From Batkoa obscura (Eukaryota): DNA of 64,000 nucleotides. The position numbers and the translations under genes were made by a program. The stretch is taken from positions 186,001-250,000 of the forward strand of contig JASVEC010000021.1 in NCBI GenBank assembly GCA_030770535.1. The letters run 5' to 3'. The notes under the pieces were generated by a model. That model was not told where the DNA came from. It made no database searches and saw nothing but the letters and a program-made list of their open reading frames with translations. Of the stretch, positions 1 through 13,835 are shown one piece after another (position 1 is the first letter of the stretch; each line of letters begins with the position of its first letter).

Positions 1-129
1 ATATGATGAGAGAAACTTATGTATAAAAGATATAAAAGATATAAAAATATAGATAAAAAAATAAAATATGGAATATGAACATTAAGTAATAATATATATT
101 GATTCTAAATAATATTAATAAACTTTTAT

Positions 130-1704
130 TTACAAAATCAATGATTTTAAATCCCTATTCCTTCTTAAACAAAGCGGTACTTTAATATCATTTTCATTAA
201 TAGTTCCTTTTTTAAGTTGATAGAGTCTTAGTTTACTATTATCTGTTTCAGTTACACTACCATCTTTAACATCCCCTCTCACTTCTTTATCACTAATATC
301 TTCCACTTTAATAACGATTTGACTACTAGAGCTATTAGTACTATTACTCCCTCTATCATCAACTATAGCATTGCTATTACTCAAAGACTCACTATTTTTA
401 TTCGAATTCCCTGAAAATAAAGTTGAAGAATTTAAAGAAGTTGAAAAATAAGGGGTTAAGTTACTGTTCATATAGTTTTTATCCGGTTGATTATTTTCTT
501 CATCTTTTAATGGATATAATACATAATTCATTGTATTTAATGTATTATTAGGGCAATTATTTATACCGTTTATTGTAGTCATACTCATTCTTGTAGTTGA
601 ACTTCTATTATTGTCATTATTATTATTATTAAAAAATAAACCATCACTATCATTTACTCCACCTTTATCTTCACTTGTCTCATTTTGTTTGTTTTTAAAT
701 AATAGATCTTTAGCAGTTGGATCTAAAAGAAAGAAAAAGAAAGCATTCAAAAACCCAGCCGAATAAGGAATAACATAAAAAAGATATAAAGGTATTAAAG
801 TACGTATACCAGTATATAAAAAATAAGTATTGATTAATATATAAAAAGATTGAGTAAATAAGGGGATGATGGGGTAAATTAATATACGTTTAGTAATAAA
901 TTGAATTTTGTTGACTAATTCAATACTAGCTGTAGAAATCTCCGATGGTCGTCGTCGATGAGCTCGATAATTACTAGTTAAGGTTGGATATTCTGGATTC
1001 GGTGTTGGGAGTAAAGAATCTTCATTGAAATATTTTGAAGTTGGATTGTTATTATTGCTATTTAAAATTTCTTTACTTTTTGTATTCATTTTATAATAAA
1101 TGTAAATACTAACTGTAACACAATATAAAAATAATAGATATTCCCAATTGCCAATGGTAAGCCACAACATAATAATATTGATAGCTGAACTATCAAATAA
1201 ATGAAACAAGACACAAGATCGATTTAAGATGGAAATAAGATAAGGGGGTAAGGAAAGTAGAAGAGAGATTAAAAACAAAATCGATATGAATAGGGATTCA
1301 TTTAATATTAACTTCTTTAAATTAAATAAAAACTTATTACAATTACTTAAAAAAGTTAAATGTAAATTTAACAATATTGAACTTGATAATAAGATATAAA
1401 ATAAATTTAAACTATAAGTTAAATAAGTTAAAGTAGAACAATACATATAGTTATCATCGACATTGAAATAAGATATTATACTGAATAAGATATCACTTAA
1501 TGCTATCCATAAATTAATTTTGACATGATATAATTCCCCGCTTTTATGTTTTTTATATCGACTTAATACTATAATAAAGAACATAATAGTAGCTGATAAT
1601 AAAGATATACTATTGGTTATTAAGATTGCTAAATTTAAATTATCAAAATCATTTTCCGTTATTGTTGAATCATATTGTATTTTTAATGGTGTATCCGGTT
1701 CCAT
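130..1704 (-). CDS. Seven-transmembrane GPCR-like protein (Git3/cAMP-receptor-like) with long N/S-rich C-terminal tail
   Basis: Single 524-aa ORF with about seven hydrophobic segments, TM6/TM7-like RILIYPIIPLFTQ...GFLNAFFFFLLDP, and a low-complexity cytoplasmic tail. Confidence 0.75.
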   Translation of the reverse strand: MEPDTPLKIQYDSTITENDFDNLNLAILITNSISLLSATIMFFIIVLSRYKKHKSGELYHVKINLWIALSDILFSIISYFNVDDNYMYCSTLTYLTYSLNLFYILLSSSILLNLHLTFLSNCNKFLFNLKKLILNESLFISILFLISLLLSLPPYLISILNRSCVLFHLFDSSAINIIMLWLTIGNWEYLLFLYCVTVSIYIYYKMNTKSKEILNSNNNNPTSKYFNEDSLLPTPNPEYPTLTSNYRAHRRRPSEISTASIELVNKIQFITKRILIYPIIPLFTQSFYILINTYFLYTGIRTLIPLYLFYVIPYSAGFLNAFFFFLLDPTAKDLLFKNKQNETSEDKGGVNDSDGLFFNNNNNDNNRSSTTRMSMTTINGINNCPNNTLNTMNYVLYPLKDEENNQPDKNYMNSNLTPYFSTSLNSSTLFSGNSNKNSESLSNSNAIVDDRGSNSTNSSSSQIVIKVEDISDKEVRGDVKDGSVTETDNSKLRLYQLKKGTINENDIKVPLCLRRNRDLKSLIL

Positions 1705-2294
1705 ATTGTTAATAGAGGAAGATAATTAAAAAAACAAAATTTACAAATAGTGATAATAATTTCTTTAAGATATTTATAATTGAAAAATTTTAAGCACTAT
1801 AGTTTTAGTTTTACTTAATAAAGTTAATTTTAATTTCAATATTTAGTTGATCAAATGTGCTTATTAAAAATGAAAGCCGAATTTCTATATTTAGTACATT
1901 AGTTAATTGAGATTAAATTTCAAACTAGTTGAATATTTAATTTTAGATTTGGCTTCACTTCATTGAAATTTCAATAATAACTTTAACACTGCATTATGGT
2001 AATGATTTATAAAAAACATAAATCATTCTTTAGCATGTAAATAAAAGTAAAAACAGATAAAAAGTTGTTTTTTACTCCAGCATTTGTCTAAAATTTGTTT
2101 CGGAAATTTTACTTTGCATAAATAATTAAAAATTAAATGAAACAAATCTAATACCTTACCAGACAATAAAACTGCCGGAGTCCTTATAAAGGTTTCATAT
2201 GAGTAGAAATTAATCTAATACATTCCAGCTCCTTTGTAACATTATTGACCTCTCATTTGAGAAAAGAAACTAACTCAAAAAATTATCAAAATAT

Positions 2295-2393
2295 GGGGAT
2301 GTCTTTTTTGACTTCATTATTTCTTCCATTTTTTAAACGCTGTTTAAGCGGAAAATTTGTTAGTAAAACTCTTAAACATAAAAATATATCCCC
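2295..2393. mobile_element. MITE, ~98-bp family, full copy (orientation B)
   Basis: GGGGATGT...TATCCCC termini, ATAT on both flanks, internal sequence shared with ~20 copies in the window. Confidence 0.85.
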
Positions 2394-3095
2394 ATATAAA
2401 ACTGGCCTTATAAAATAATTATATTAAAAATTTAATTATAAAAACCAACGCTAAAAAAGTTTTAAAGGAGGTGTACAACATCCATAAAATAGTTCATTAG
2501 TGCTTTGGGCAATTTGATTGCTGTTTTCGACTTTACCTTCTATTTGATCCATTATTGTGAATATAAAATATAAAAACTCTAATAGCATTTTTCTAAGCTA
2601 ATAACTTGTTCATTATTACAGTTGAGTTTATGATCTTTGATAACAAATAGATATTCCCTTTTCAATCTTATCATTTTTTCACTTTTATGTTGGTAGATTT
2701 CTTTAAAATACATTTTTCAATTATATTAAACCATTGTTATAATATGAGCCTCTTTTATCTTTTAAATTAGTTTTTTCTTCAATTGAAAGAACCTTTTAAA
2801 AAACTTTGCTTTTCGAAGTCTCCAAGATATCCAAATGATGATTAATATTTCATCTTTTAATTTATACCAATTACCTTATTTTAAAACTCCATTATTCGCT
2901 ACAAATATTATTTAGACTTATTTTCAACAAACCATTTAACTATATATTTTCAAGAATTTTTAAGAAATACTACAAAAAATAATGTAACACATTCACTAAT
3001 ATCACTTAAGGCTAATTCCATTATATAGTAAACAAAACCATTTTAGCAACACTTCCTTATTCAGAAGTTCAATGAAACTTAAAAATTCATTTTTA

Positions 3096-6000
3096 TTATT
3101 GATTGAAAATATCAACATATCTGCCCTTTCCTTTACCCACATTCCTTTTACTTCTTGGATTACTCTTACCCATACCAATGGGTGGTGTACTAGCACCCGA
3201 AGGTGGACCTGACGCATAGGGGGTACTGGTTTGCGAATTAACTTCAGATCCAAATGGACTTGGGTTAAACGAACCTGAATTTTCACTTTGTGTTTTGGGT
3301 GTATTTTTTGGTGGTGGTGGTGGTGGTAAAGATGAGGTTGAGGCACTATCACCTGCTGCCTATCAAAAAGTAAAGTTAATTAAGTATTAAGTATTAATTT
3401 AAAGATAATTACCTTATTGACCCATCTTTTTTGTACTTCGTCATAATAAAAGCTATTTTCTTCACCTAATTTGGCTTTATATATTGTTTTCCCATCTTTG
3501 GATTGTGTTGTATTTCCACCTGAAAAAAAGGAAAAGAAGCCTCCAAGTAAACTTTTAGAATGACCATGATCTAATGAATGTTATTGATTAAGAATAAATC
3601 ATTGCTTATTTATTTAACTTACTTGAAGTTTTCACTTTACTTTTGTCTTCTTCTTTATCTACATTTGAAGTTGTATTTGTATTTGCGTTCATATTTGTAT
3701 CATTATTAACCATTCCGCTCTTCTTAGGCATCTTTGAATTTCCTAATCCTAAATCATCCTCTTCTTTGTCATAAGTTTCATTGATTTGAGTTTTCAATGG
3801 CGATGCCGTAGTTGGTTGATAAGTATTTTCACTTAATGTTACTGGGCTATACAATTTATTATCAAATGGAGAAAACAAACCATCATTATTGATCGTATTT
3901 TCATTTGAATTTAATGTACTTGAATTATTCATTGAATAATCAAATGGCGATTTCATTAGATTTGGAGAAGCTGATCTTCTACCAGATAAATCTTCATCCA
4001 TTAACTGATTTCTATAAAAATCAGGCAAAACTTCATTAGAATTGGATCGTCGTACTAAATTTGGTTGCACTGAAAACGGATTTACTTGAGGACTAAATAA
4101 AGGTCCATTTCTAAATACTGTTGGTCCTGCTTGGATTTCAAATTTGCTCTTAACTTGATTATCTTCTTCTGTCATCTCATCTCCCATAACTAATTGATTA
4201 ATTTTACCTTCTACTACACTCATAAACGAATTTAAAGTGGGTTTCTTAGGTATCCATTTGGAATCAAAGCTTCTAAAATAAATATTAAAATAAATAACTA
4301 GCATTATTTATTAACGATTTACTTTTGTCCTAGGTGATTTTGAATTCTATCTTTAATAGTAGCTGTTTGAGTTAAAAGGATAGGGTGTAAATATTGTACT
4401 GGGGTCTGAGATTGTGTTGGTAATTCTAAAATATAATTACAATATCTAATAAAAAATCAATTAATTTATACTTCAATTAGAATAATGATATAAATAAATT
4501 ACTCTAAAGCAGCTTCAGTCTCCCCATAATCTAGCAAAGTAATTGCTCGATGTAGTTTAAATGCTTGGAAAAAATTCAATGACTCAAGTCTAGTAGTATT
4601 AGTACTATTAAGTCTTAAAGTAAATTCATAAATTTCCGTTAATAAAAAGGCATTGGTATTCATAAATTGATTTGGATGAACTGTAGCACCTAACATCATC
4701 ATTCTTAAACCTACAGTATCAAAACCCCCTTGAACAGCCATTGTTGGGGCTAATAAATAACAAAAATGAGCAGCAGCTAATAGATCTTTTTGTCTCAATT
4801 CATCTCCTAAAGTACATAAAGCAATAGCATCACCTGGTGTGCGATTAGAAAAGATCATAGCTAGTTTTTCAATCCAAGGACTAGCTTGATGATCTTCTAA
4901 AATTCGATTGTTATCTTTGACTGCACTCTTTCCTAAACCTGAAAATAAACTATATAACATAGCCATTGAATCATTTTCATTGGAGTTGGATATTAAAATT
5001 TCACTTTTTACAAAAGATTGAACTACTTCTTGCCATGTATCTTTACCAGCACAACTAGCAATAATCAAAGCATGTCCCCAATTTCGGTGATCCATAGCTA
5101 ACTCAGCTGCTTCTTTTCTTTTACCTTGTAATAAAAGTTGTTTTATTTGTGGAGTAATATATTTTATGGTTTCTGTTGTTCCATTTTCATTCAATTCATC
5201 ATCATTATTATTCTTTTTAGTTATGTATAAACATAACATATCTCTGACTTGTTCATTAATACCATCAATTTTACCTGAATTTGATAACAAAATATTAATT
5301 AATTTCCATAATATAATAATCCCTAATTGATTTTGTTTTTCAATTCCTTCATTAAAATGTAATAGTTCGGATTCTAGTTGATTAACTTTTAAATCAACTA
5401 ATTTTTTAACATTTTCTATTTCCCAATTAACTGTTTTTGCTGAATTGTCAATCAGAGGTTTATAATTATCTCCATTCTTTTCTAATGTTGGTATTCCACT
5501 AATATCTTTTAATTTCGAAATTGTTATATTTGTAGGATATAAATTAATCATTTTATCTTTTATATTATTATTAAATGTTTCAACGACTTTAGGAAACATA
5601 CTGATAACTTTACCCCCAAATCCAAAACTAAATAAAGCATGCGCTTTACGCCCATGTCTTTTATCATTTTCTTCCAAATTTAAATCTTGATTATTTAATA
5701 ATGAAGGTGATAAAGAATCTTCATCACGTGGCGTTGATGGTAATGGAATATTTTCTGGATTTAATGCTACTTCATTAGTATTAATATTAAATTCATCATA
5801 TGCATTTTGATGTGTAAATGCTGTATTTTTATTGGCTCCAATATTTTCTAAAATAAGATCATCAAGGTCATTCTGAGTATTATCAATTTCATTTGATTGT
5901 GTATTATATTGGCTATATAAAATATTATTTTCATTTTGATACATAAAGTTATCTTTTTCGGATGAATAATTATTAGTAATCTCACGGGATGCCTGCAACT

Positions 6001-8449
6001 CACTCATACTTGGCTGTATATTTGTGTAATTATGTTCATTCAATTCATTTGCCTTATTTTGATTATCTTTATTTAAATCTATTTCGTTTATTGCATTTGT
6101 TTTATTATTTAAATAATAATTTGGTAATGCTGTTTCTGATTCAATTGTAGTAGTTTCTGTTTGATTAATATAAACATCTTGATTATAATAGTTAAATTCA
6201 GATTGCGATTTTTGAGTATTAACATTAAATACAGTTGGTGAAGATTCAGCTTGAAATTGAGTAGTTTCTGTATTAATTGATGGTATAATTGGTACAATAT
6301 CTTGAGTTTCTGTTGGGATTGTTTGGTCATATTGATATTCATTATAGTTTAGAGCTTGTGATTCAAATGTAGTAGAATTTTTGTTTGTTGGTAGTTGTTG
6401 CAATGTATCACTATAGTTGTAAGCTGAATTATCTACATAAGTTGAGGTATCTACATAAGTTGAAGTATCTACAGTAATCGAATTTGCATTTTCATTTGGA
6501 TTTGAATATTGATTGTAATCAGTTAAGTTCTTTTCATTACCTGAGTAATCCATGTTATATTCTTCTGTTTGTGGTATTTGCTGCTCTCCTAAACTATATT
6601 CTGGGTAATATTGATTATAGCCTTCAGCATTCTGATTATAACCTTCTGTAGTTTGATTATAACCTTCAGTAGCCTGATCATAGTTTTCATAATAATAATT
6701 ATAATTTGGATCATAACCTTCATTTCCATATTCATTAATATAAGTATTTGGATCATACTGATATCCTTGGTCATAATATTGTTGATCATTTTGATTAGAG
6801 TACATTGGATTATCTTGGCCTTCAGTTGTTTGATAAGAATTATTAACATAATAATTAGGATCGTATTCTTGGTTAGTATACTCTGTATTCTGGTAATAAG
6901 CTTGTTGATCTAAATTGGGGTCGACTTGTTGTTCTCCTTGAGGTGGATACGATGAATTGTAATACGCTTGATCATAAGAACTATAATCATATTGATTAGA
7001 ACCCCCTTGATTCTGATATTTTGCTTGATTAGTTTGATCATAATAATTATGATATTCATTTGTATTCTCATTATTATATTGATAGCTTCCTTCATTATAT
7101 TGTTCCAAATTATTATTTATACCTGCTTGATTCACTTGATTCACTTGATTATAATCATAGTAATTATCATTTGAATTAACGTTAGTTGGATCATAATTGT
7201 TTTGCTGAATTGTTTGTGGTTGAGTTGTATTAAAAAAGTTTCCATCCGAAGTTTCATCGTTAAACGTTTCCTGTAAGAAATTAGTAGAAGAATCTTGAAT
7301 AAAATCATTAGTTTGATTAGTAACTAATACATTAGCTGGTTTAAATTCATTTTGAACTAAAGGTTGAACTGAAGGTTGAGTTATTGTATCAAAAAAGTTA
7401 GCAGAAGGATCCGATTCATTTGTTATATTTTGATTAAAGAAATTAAACCCATCATCTTCATTAGTTGTTGTATTATTAAAAAAATCAAAGCCATCGTTTT
7501 TAAAAGCTGTAGTATCTTGCTTTAGATTTACTTCAATAGAACCATCATTTTCACTATCAATCAACTCTTCTATATTCTTCTCCAATTCTGAATCGACTTT
7601 ATCGTTTCCATCAAACTGAGTTACTATTTCCTTTTGTTCAGTTTCATTCGTTATAATTTCAGGTCCTAAAAACTTCTCAAGTTCATTTTTTAATTGAGTT
7701 TCCATAACTGAATTTTTTTCGACTTGAGTTTCACTTTCTTCACCTAGCCCTATATTATCCGAATTAACACCAGTTAAGTTCAAATCGGATTTAATCGCCT
7801 CAGAGTTATTATTTAAACCATTACATTCATCAAAAAAGGGAGCTTCCCCATCCTCTTTCTCTTCTTCAAGATTATCTAAAATCACTTTTAGATTATCGAT
7901 TTTTTCTTCTAAATCTAACTCAACTTCATTCGCTTTATTTGAATTATCAAAAATACCTGTTAAATCTTGATTTTCATTTATATTTAATGGCTTGCTATTA
8001 TCCAATTCACCCACTTCAGCTTTCTCTTGTGGAATTAAGGTTAGCGCATCTAAATTTTCATCAACTTTTAAAATATCTTCTAAGTCAGTTTCCTTTTCAG
8101 AAAATTCTAAATTTAATGCTTCCTTTTGGTTATCATCAACTTTATCACTTCCAGAGTTATCAACTTGACCATCAACTACATTATCATCCTTAACTTCTTC
8201 GTTTACCTTTTCTTCAGGTGAGAATGGTAAGGCTGTATTAACCGCTTGTTCAAAAAAAATTGTGTCTTCTTCATTTCCGCTACCATTAAAGAAGCCAATA
8301 TCTTTAATGTTATCTAAAGGTTCCATTTTGTTTACTTGTTTTGTATCCACTAATTCAGAAGTAAGGTCCCCAAAGATCTCTTTCAAGTCATCATTTGTAG
8401 TCTCTTTTTTTGGATTCGATATCGAATTTCTATTCTTTTTTTTGCCCAT
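3096..8449 (-). CDS. SEC16: COPII coat assembly scaffold Sec16 (multi-exon)
   Basis: Acidic, Y/Q/N-rich N-terminus; central conserved domain ([35 protein letters not shown]); downstream exons give [21 protein letters not shown] and C-terminal RYVDIFNQ* (stop 3096-3098). Confidence 0.9.
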
Positions 8450-9615
8450 TATAATGTTTCTTGATCTGCTAATTTAGAATAGACTAAAAATATGGTTATG
8501 TATAATTGAAATGAAAAATTAATAGTTGAAATTTTAGTGTTTTTTAACTAAATATTTAGTTTTGTTTTTGTTTTATGTGTTCATATTGGATTGGTGATAA
8601 TGTCAAATTATTGGCTTATGTTTATTGGCTTATGATTTTATAATATTTGCTATTCTCAATTACTTAAATAGGCAATAATTAGGGATTATCGATGATAATT
8701 GATACTATAACTATATAGAGCGAATTATTTAGATCTTCATTAACTAGTAAGCTTTTATAGAGTACTAGACTATGTACATAATAAGACCGTATATTTGACA
8801 AGTTTATAAAATCATGTTGAAATTTAATTAATAGTTTTTAGTTTAAATTGACTTTAAATCTGGCTAAACTTAAACCAACTAATTTTTAACTATTTGGTCG
8901 TTTCCTAAGCTTAAATTCTAAAAAAATGTGGCTAAACTTAAAACAAAGATGTATTTACCTTACTTATTTTCAAATAATAATCAAAAGAGATGTAAAGTAA
9001 CATCAATAATTATTTCTACTACGCTTTTTTAATTATCATATTTAGTATTATAGAGTGTACTTAGTAAAAGGTTAGAGTCTTTGTAAGAATTTTTTTTGCA
9101 TTTCAATTGAAGTAAATAGTATTTTATCTGTACCTTGTTTAAACATTACACTACCAGTTGTAGATATATATTAAACTATTATAATTTAGAGCTTATAATA
9201 AAGATCTAACATCTGTAAAGGCTGCTATATTTTCGCTTAATTATGATCAAATTTACAGATATTCTTAATTTATTAATTGCCATTATACACTTGAAATCGT
9301 AACTTATTTTAATGTATAGAAACATACTTGAATAGTTTCATAAGTCAATATGGTAAAGAGTATTGTAGTATGCTTACAATTCATATTTAGAAAAATCAAC
9401 TAAATATACTAAAAGTGTTTATTCTTAATATTACCGTAAAATTTAACATCGATAAAAAACAAAAATAAAGTTTAGACCGAACAATATTAAGCCTTTGAGA
9501 GTTTAACCTGCTTATTAAACCCATATTAAATTTCGTTTTTTTATTTGCTTCTTACATAAAACTTTGATTAGTAGAGATGTACTTGATTCCAATTATAGTT
9601 CTATTCTTTTTATAT

Positions 9616-9705
9616 GAGAATGGATTTTTTTAAAGAATTTTATTAATAATTGTTCTACTCGAACAACACTTGAAAGTTGGAAAAGAAGGTGAAAAAAACA
9701 TCCCC
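9616..9705. mobile_element. MITE copy, diverged (orientation A)
   Basis: Ends in AAAACATCCCC; ATAT on both flanks; matches family consensus. Confidence 0.75.
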
Positions 9706-9722
9706 ATATATCAAAACTTTTC

Positions 9723-11986
9723 TTAATCTTTAGTAGAATAATCTGGGGAGGATTGTAATTTAAGGGAATCAATTTTATCAAGCGAATAAACTGGGCTTGA
9801 GTTTAAAAAAGTAGTTTTATCATTATCCGAATGACTATCTGATCCATTAAATTTATAATTTTTACTGATGACTGAATCTTCTTTCTTTGGTATTGAATTA
9901 CTTACATACTTTTTTTTTTGACCTACCTCACCCTTTTTAGTTAATGAATCAAGTGAGAACTCGCTAAGCTCTTGAGAATTACTAACATATTGATTTATAA
10001 TACTTTTATCATACGTTGTAGCTGGTACTTTTCCATTTATTTTAGCATCTTTATTAAAGTTCGACAGCTGATTACTTTCAGCGCCACTATCGTCTATATC
10101 GGAACTGCCACCAATTATTCTAAAATTTTCATCATCATCAAACAACTGAGTATACATAGTATTCAACTTGTTATTATTCATACTAATAAAATGGCCGAAT
10201 AAGCCTACTTGTTCTTCAATAGGCCTTATTTGAGTAGGTAAGGTTATTTGAGAACATCTATTTAAGTCTTGCTTACTAGGTGAATTAATATTAACATTAA
10301 CACCTGAGTTTTGTGTATCTAAATAGGAATTTTCACCAACTATTCTAAAGGTATCGTTTTCTTCAAACAGCTGAGTTTCCATAGTATGAAGTTTTATGTT
10401 TCTCATATTCGCAAAATGGCCATATAAACCTACTTGTCGCTCAATGGGTCTTATTTGAGTGGGTAATGTTAATTGAGAACAATAATCTAAATTCCCATTA
10501 TTAAATGGGTCAAAAGTATCACTTAACTCTGGTATATTATTAAGCTGGAGGTCAAAACTAGGCTCTATCTCATGACTAACTTTGTTTTTATTTGCATTCA
10601 ATCTTTTTTGAGCTACCATTGCTTCAGAATCAGGATACTTGAATTCTTGTGAAGTTGTATTATTTGAATCTTTTGATATTTTAGAATGATTGTTATAATT
10701 CACATTGTTTGATTTTAACTTTTTATACAAAATTGAGGGTGATTTCTCAATATAATCTTCAGTATTTAAATCACTAGAATTGTTTCTTTCAGTATTGTAA
10801 TTTCGGTTATGTTCCTTTGATTGATGTAATGAATATTGGGTATCGATTTCAGCTGAAGCGGCTATCGTCTGTGTTGGTGAGTATTGTTCACTTAAATTTC
10901 TGTTTTTGATCAAATTAGATCTATCATATAAAGGGCTTGAGACCTTTTCATTTTGGTGACTTAAAACAGGTGTCGTATTCTTGCTAAATAAATCATGACT
11001 TTCTAAGTTGTCCTGTGATATTAAACTATACTTGATATCCTTTATATTTAAAGCTGGACTATCGATTAAATCGAATTTGCTTCTATTAGCGGATTTACTT
11101 ATGCCACTTTTTTTATGGTTACTACATGACAACTGTTCATTAATGATTGGAAGACATTCGGTTGATGAGTTATTATCAACACCAATATCATTAGTGTCCA
11201 CTGCTATATACATATTTAATATTTTTATTAGAACAATAAACAACGCTTACTTTCGCCATTTTTATTTTTAGTATAATTGGAAACTTCTTTACTTTTGTTA
11301 TCCAAGCTATATTTATTTTTCAAATCATTCTAAGCATAAAAAATTAGTTTACCACAAACTTCTAACCAAAACTTCTATACCTTATTATTCCTCCTTAAAG
11401 AATTGTGTTTGTTTGTACTATTGAAATCATCAGCTTCATTCAAATTTGATTCTGGATTTCGGTGATTGGCAGCTCGAGCATTAATAAACAAATCAGGGCT
11501 ATTTTCAGATGACTGTCTCAAGTCATTGTATTTGACTTCTTTTATCAGCGAAGACGCATACCCTAACAAACTTAGTAAAGGTAATAATATCATAAAGAAC
11601 AAATTACTATGAGTTTTTAAAAAATATTGAAATTCATTATTCAATCTACTAAACTGGTCAACCAACTCAGCTTTAGTATGTGATAAAGATAATGAGCGTA
11701 TAGTTATATCCTCTTTACATATGGGACATGGACACTTAGTGTTTCGTTTACTTGATTTGCTCCTTTTCTCAAACACTTTTTTTATACAATCTTTACAAAA
11801 TTCATGGCTGCATGTAGTTATCATTGGTTTAACCAAGTCTCCCAAACAAATTGGACACTTTAATTCTTCCATGATATTAAGTAAAAGTTCATTCCCCCTG
11901 TTTGCGAGCTCCTTGAACCTTTTTTTTGATATATTACTACTCAATATACTTGTTAAATTATCCTCCAACTTTTTATTATTTCCCAT
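9723..11986 (-). CDS. BRCA1-like C3HC4 RING protein with long disordered SQ/TQ-rich region (about 4 exons)
   Basis: ELKCPICL..P..T.CSH.FC..CI...CPICKEDITIRSL closely resembles the BRCA1 RING; GT-AG introns at about 11563-11607, 11330-11380 and 11204-11250 join ORFs 11375-11986 and 9723-11243. Confidence 0.7.
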
Positions 11987-12197
11987 TTTCGCTATTAATT
12001 ATTTTGAAAACTGTTTATACAAAAACATTTCTTTTGAGTTCTAATTTGTTTTGTTACAAATTAATGGTGAGAAATTGTAAAATTTTATTAACCAGTTAAG
12101 CGATTAAGACGAATATATACCTATTCAACCTAAAAGTAACATTCAACCAATAAAGTCCAAAAAAATTATCGAATTTTTTTTGGATCTCATTACTAGA

Positions 12198-12288
12198 TAA
12201 GATATTTTAGTTTCATCACCCTTTCCATCTACTAATGTTAATTGAGTCGAAAAGTCAGTAAAATCCTTATACAAAAAAATACATCCCC
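12198..12288. mobile_element. MITE copy with degraded left end (orientation B)
   Basis: Intact AAAATACATCCCC-ATAT end and family internal motifs. Confidence 0.65.
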
Positions 12289-12606
12289 ATATGCTGCTTT
12301 TAGATAAATTTGCTCTAAGGAGCTAAATGTAACCGGCTACACAAAAGCTGATCACTCTTGTAGTTGAAATTGTTTGTAGTAAACATTTTCATCACAATCT
12401 GAGGTATGAAAAATGGGTTAGATTTAATCACTAGAACTCCAAAAACTTTCGACCGATTAATTGATTTACTTTTGATAAAAAACAAAACCATTTTCAATTT
12501 ATAGAATAATAGTTGGAGTAGTCCATTTTAATTTATGATAAGTTAGTTTGATCGTATATCTACTTTTCTGCTTTTGTTATCTTTGTTTATATTTTTATAA
12601 GCATTT

Positions 12607-12704
12607 GGGGCTGTTTTTTTTAGTTTCATTATTTTTCCATTTTTTAAGCGCTATTTATGTGGAAAAATTGTCAGTAAAATTCTTAAATACAAAAATACAT
12701 CCCC
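12607..12704. mobile_element. MITE full copy with ATTT target-site duplication (orientation B)
   Basis: ATTT-GGGGCTGT...ACATCCCC-ATTT, a direct 4-bp repeat on both sides. Confidence 0.9.
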
Positions 12705-13165
12705 ATTTAATATTTAATTTCAGTTTTTTTTAAATTAAATTTTTGCAATCATAATTAATTCTACTAAAATAAATTTAATTATATGGAACTCAGGGTTTCT
12801 TCTAGTAGCTAAAGTTATTATTTTTGCTCTTTTGTTGAAGCTAGTTTTCTCACAGTTATATTCTTACTTTTATTTTTTATTCTATATAATACAGTATTAA
12901 TTACTGGATTAAAGTAACAACTGATTGGGATGTTTCATAATTATATTAAATAGTTATTTAAATGTTATGATTTTAAAATTAAATTTAATGATATACTAAA
13001 TAAACTAAATGTATATATTTAAATTAAATACTTATAATTAAACTTTAAAATCTGAAATTAATACTGTTAGCTATAGTATTTAACTATATTAATTTTTATT
13101 CTAAAAAAAATTATAAAATTATACTTTTATTATCTTAAAAAACAATTAAAATATTTTTATTATAT

Positions 13166-13262
13166 GGGGATATATTTTTCTGCTTAATAATTTTACTAAC
13201 AATTTTTCCACTCAAATAGTACTTAAAAGATGGAAAAGATAATAAAGCCAAAAAACATCCCC
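13166..13262. mobile_element. MITE full copy (orientation A)
   Basis: ATAT-GGGGAT...ACATCCCC-ATAT. Confidence 0.9.
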
Positions 13263-13835
13263 ATATATTAAAATTAAATTTAAAGTTTTAAAAAAATTAC
13301 AATAGCTAACTTTTATTAATTGACTTATAGAAAAAGCTTAAGGTTATGTTATTATAGCATAAAATACTAAAAACAATCCCTTATAATTAACAAGTTAATG
13401 TTTTTTAGCTTTATATAATAAAATTAAAAAACAATGTAATATGTACTTGATAAAATTATAAACCATGTATAAGCTATGTTATTTTTTTTTAATACATACT
13501 CAGTAGTATAAGGTGACTAAAGCCATATAAACTCAAATTGCCCATATAATGGAATATAAATACCTATCTTTAAAAGACAAGTTAAATAAATTCTCAATCT
13601 AGATTAAGTTTCTGTCCAATTTTGGAAACTAGGCACTTATTGTTTAAGAATTTCAATAATTTTTTCCATTTAATAATACTTAAAATCTTAAAAATAAAAT
13701 AATATACCTAATTATTATTTTGTAAAAAGAATCTCAAAATTCAACTTTGTTTTTAATTTTAAAATATTGACCTACCATTTCATTTTTTACAAACATAGCA
13801 CCATTTTAAAACACATATCAATTCACTTTTCCGCC

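Noticed and set aside
2295..2393. MITE as Tc1/mariner-type with TA duplication
   Set aside because: Copies with ATTT/ATTT and AAAT/AAAT flanks show a 4-bp duplication.
3002..3352. 116-aa His-rich ORF
   Set aside because: Wrong frame of the last SEC16 exon; the Pro-rich frame ending RYVDIFNQ* is the real one.
6109..8477. Short I/M-rich ORFs overlapping SEC16
   Set aside because: Alternate-frame and antisense shadows of N/Y/Q-rich coding sequence.
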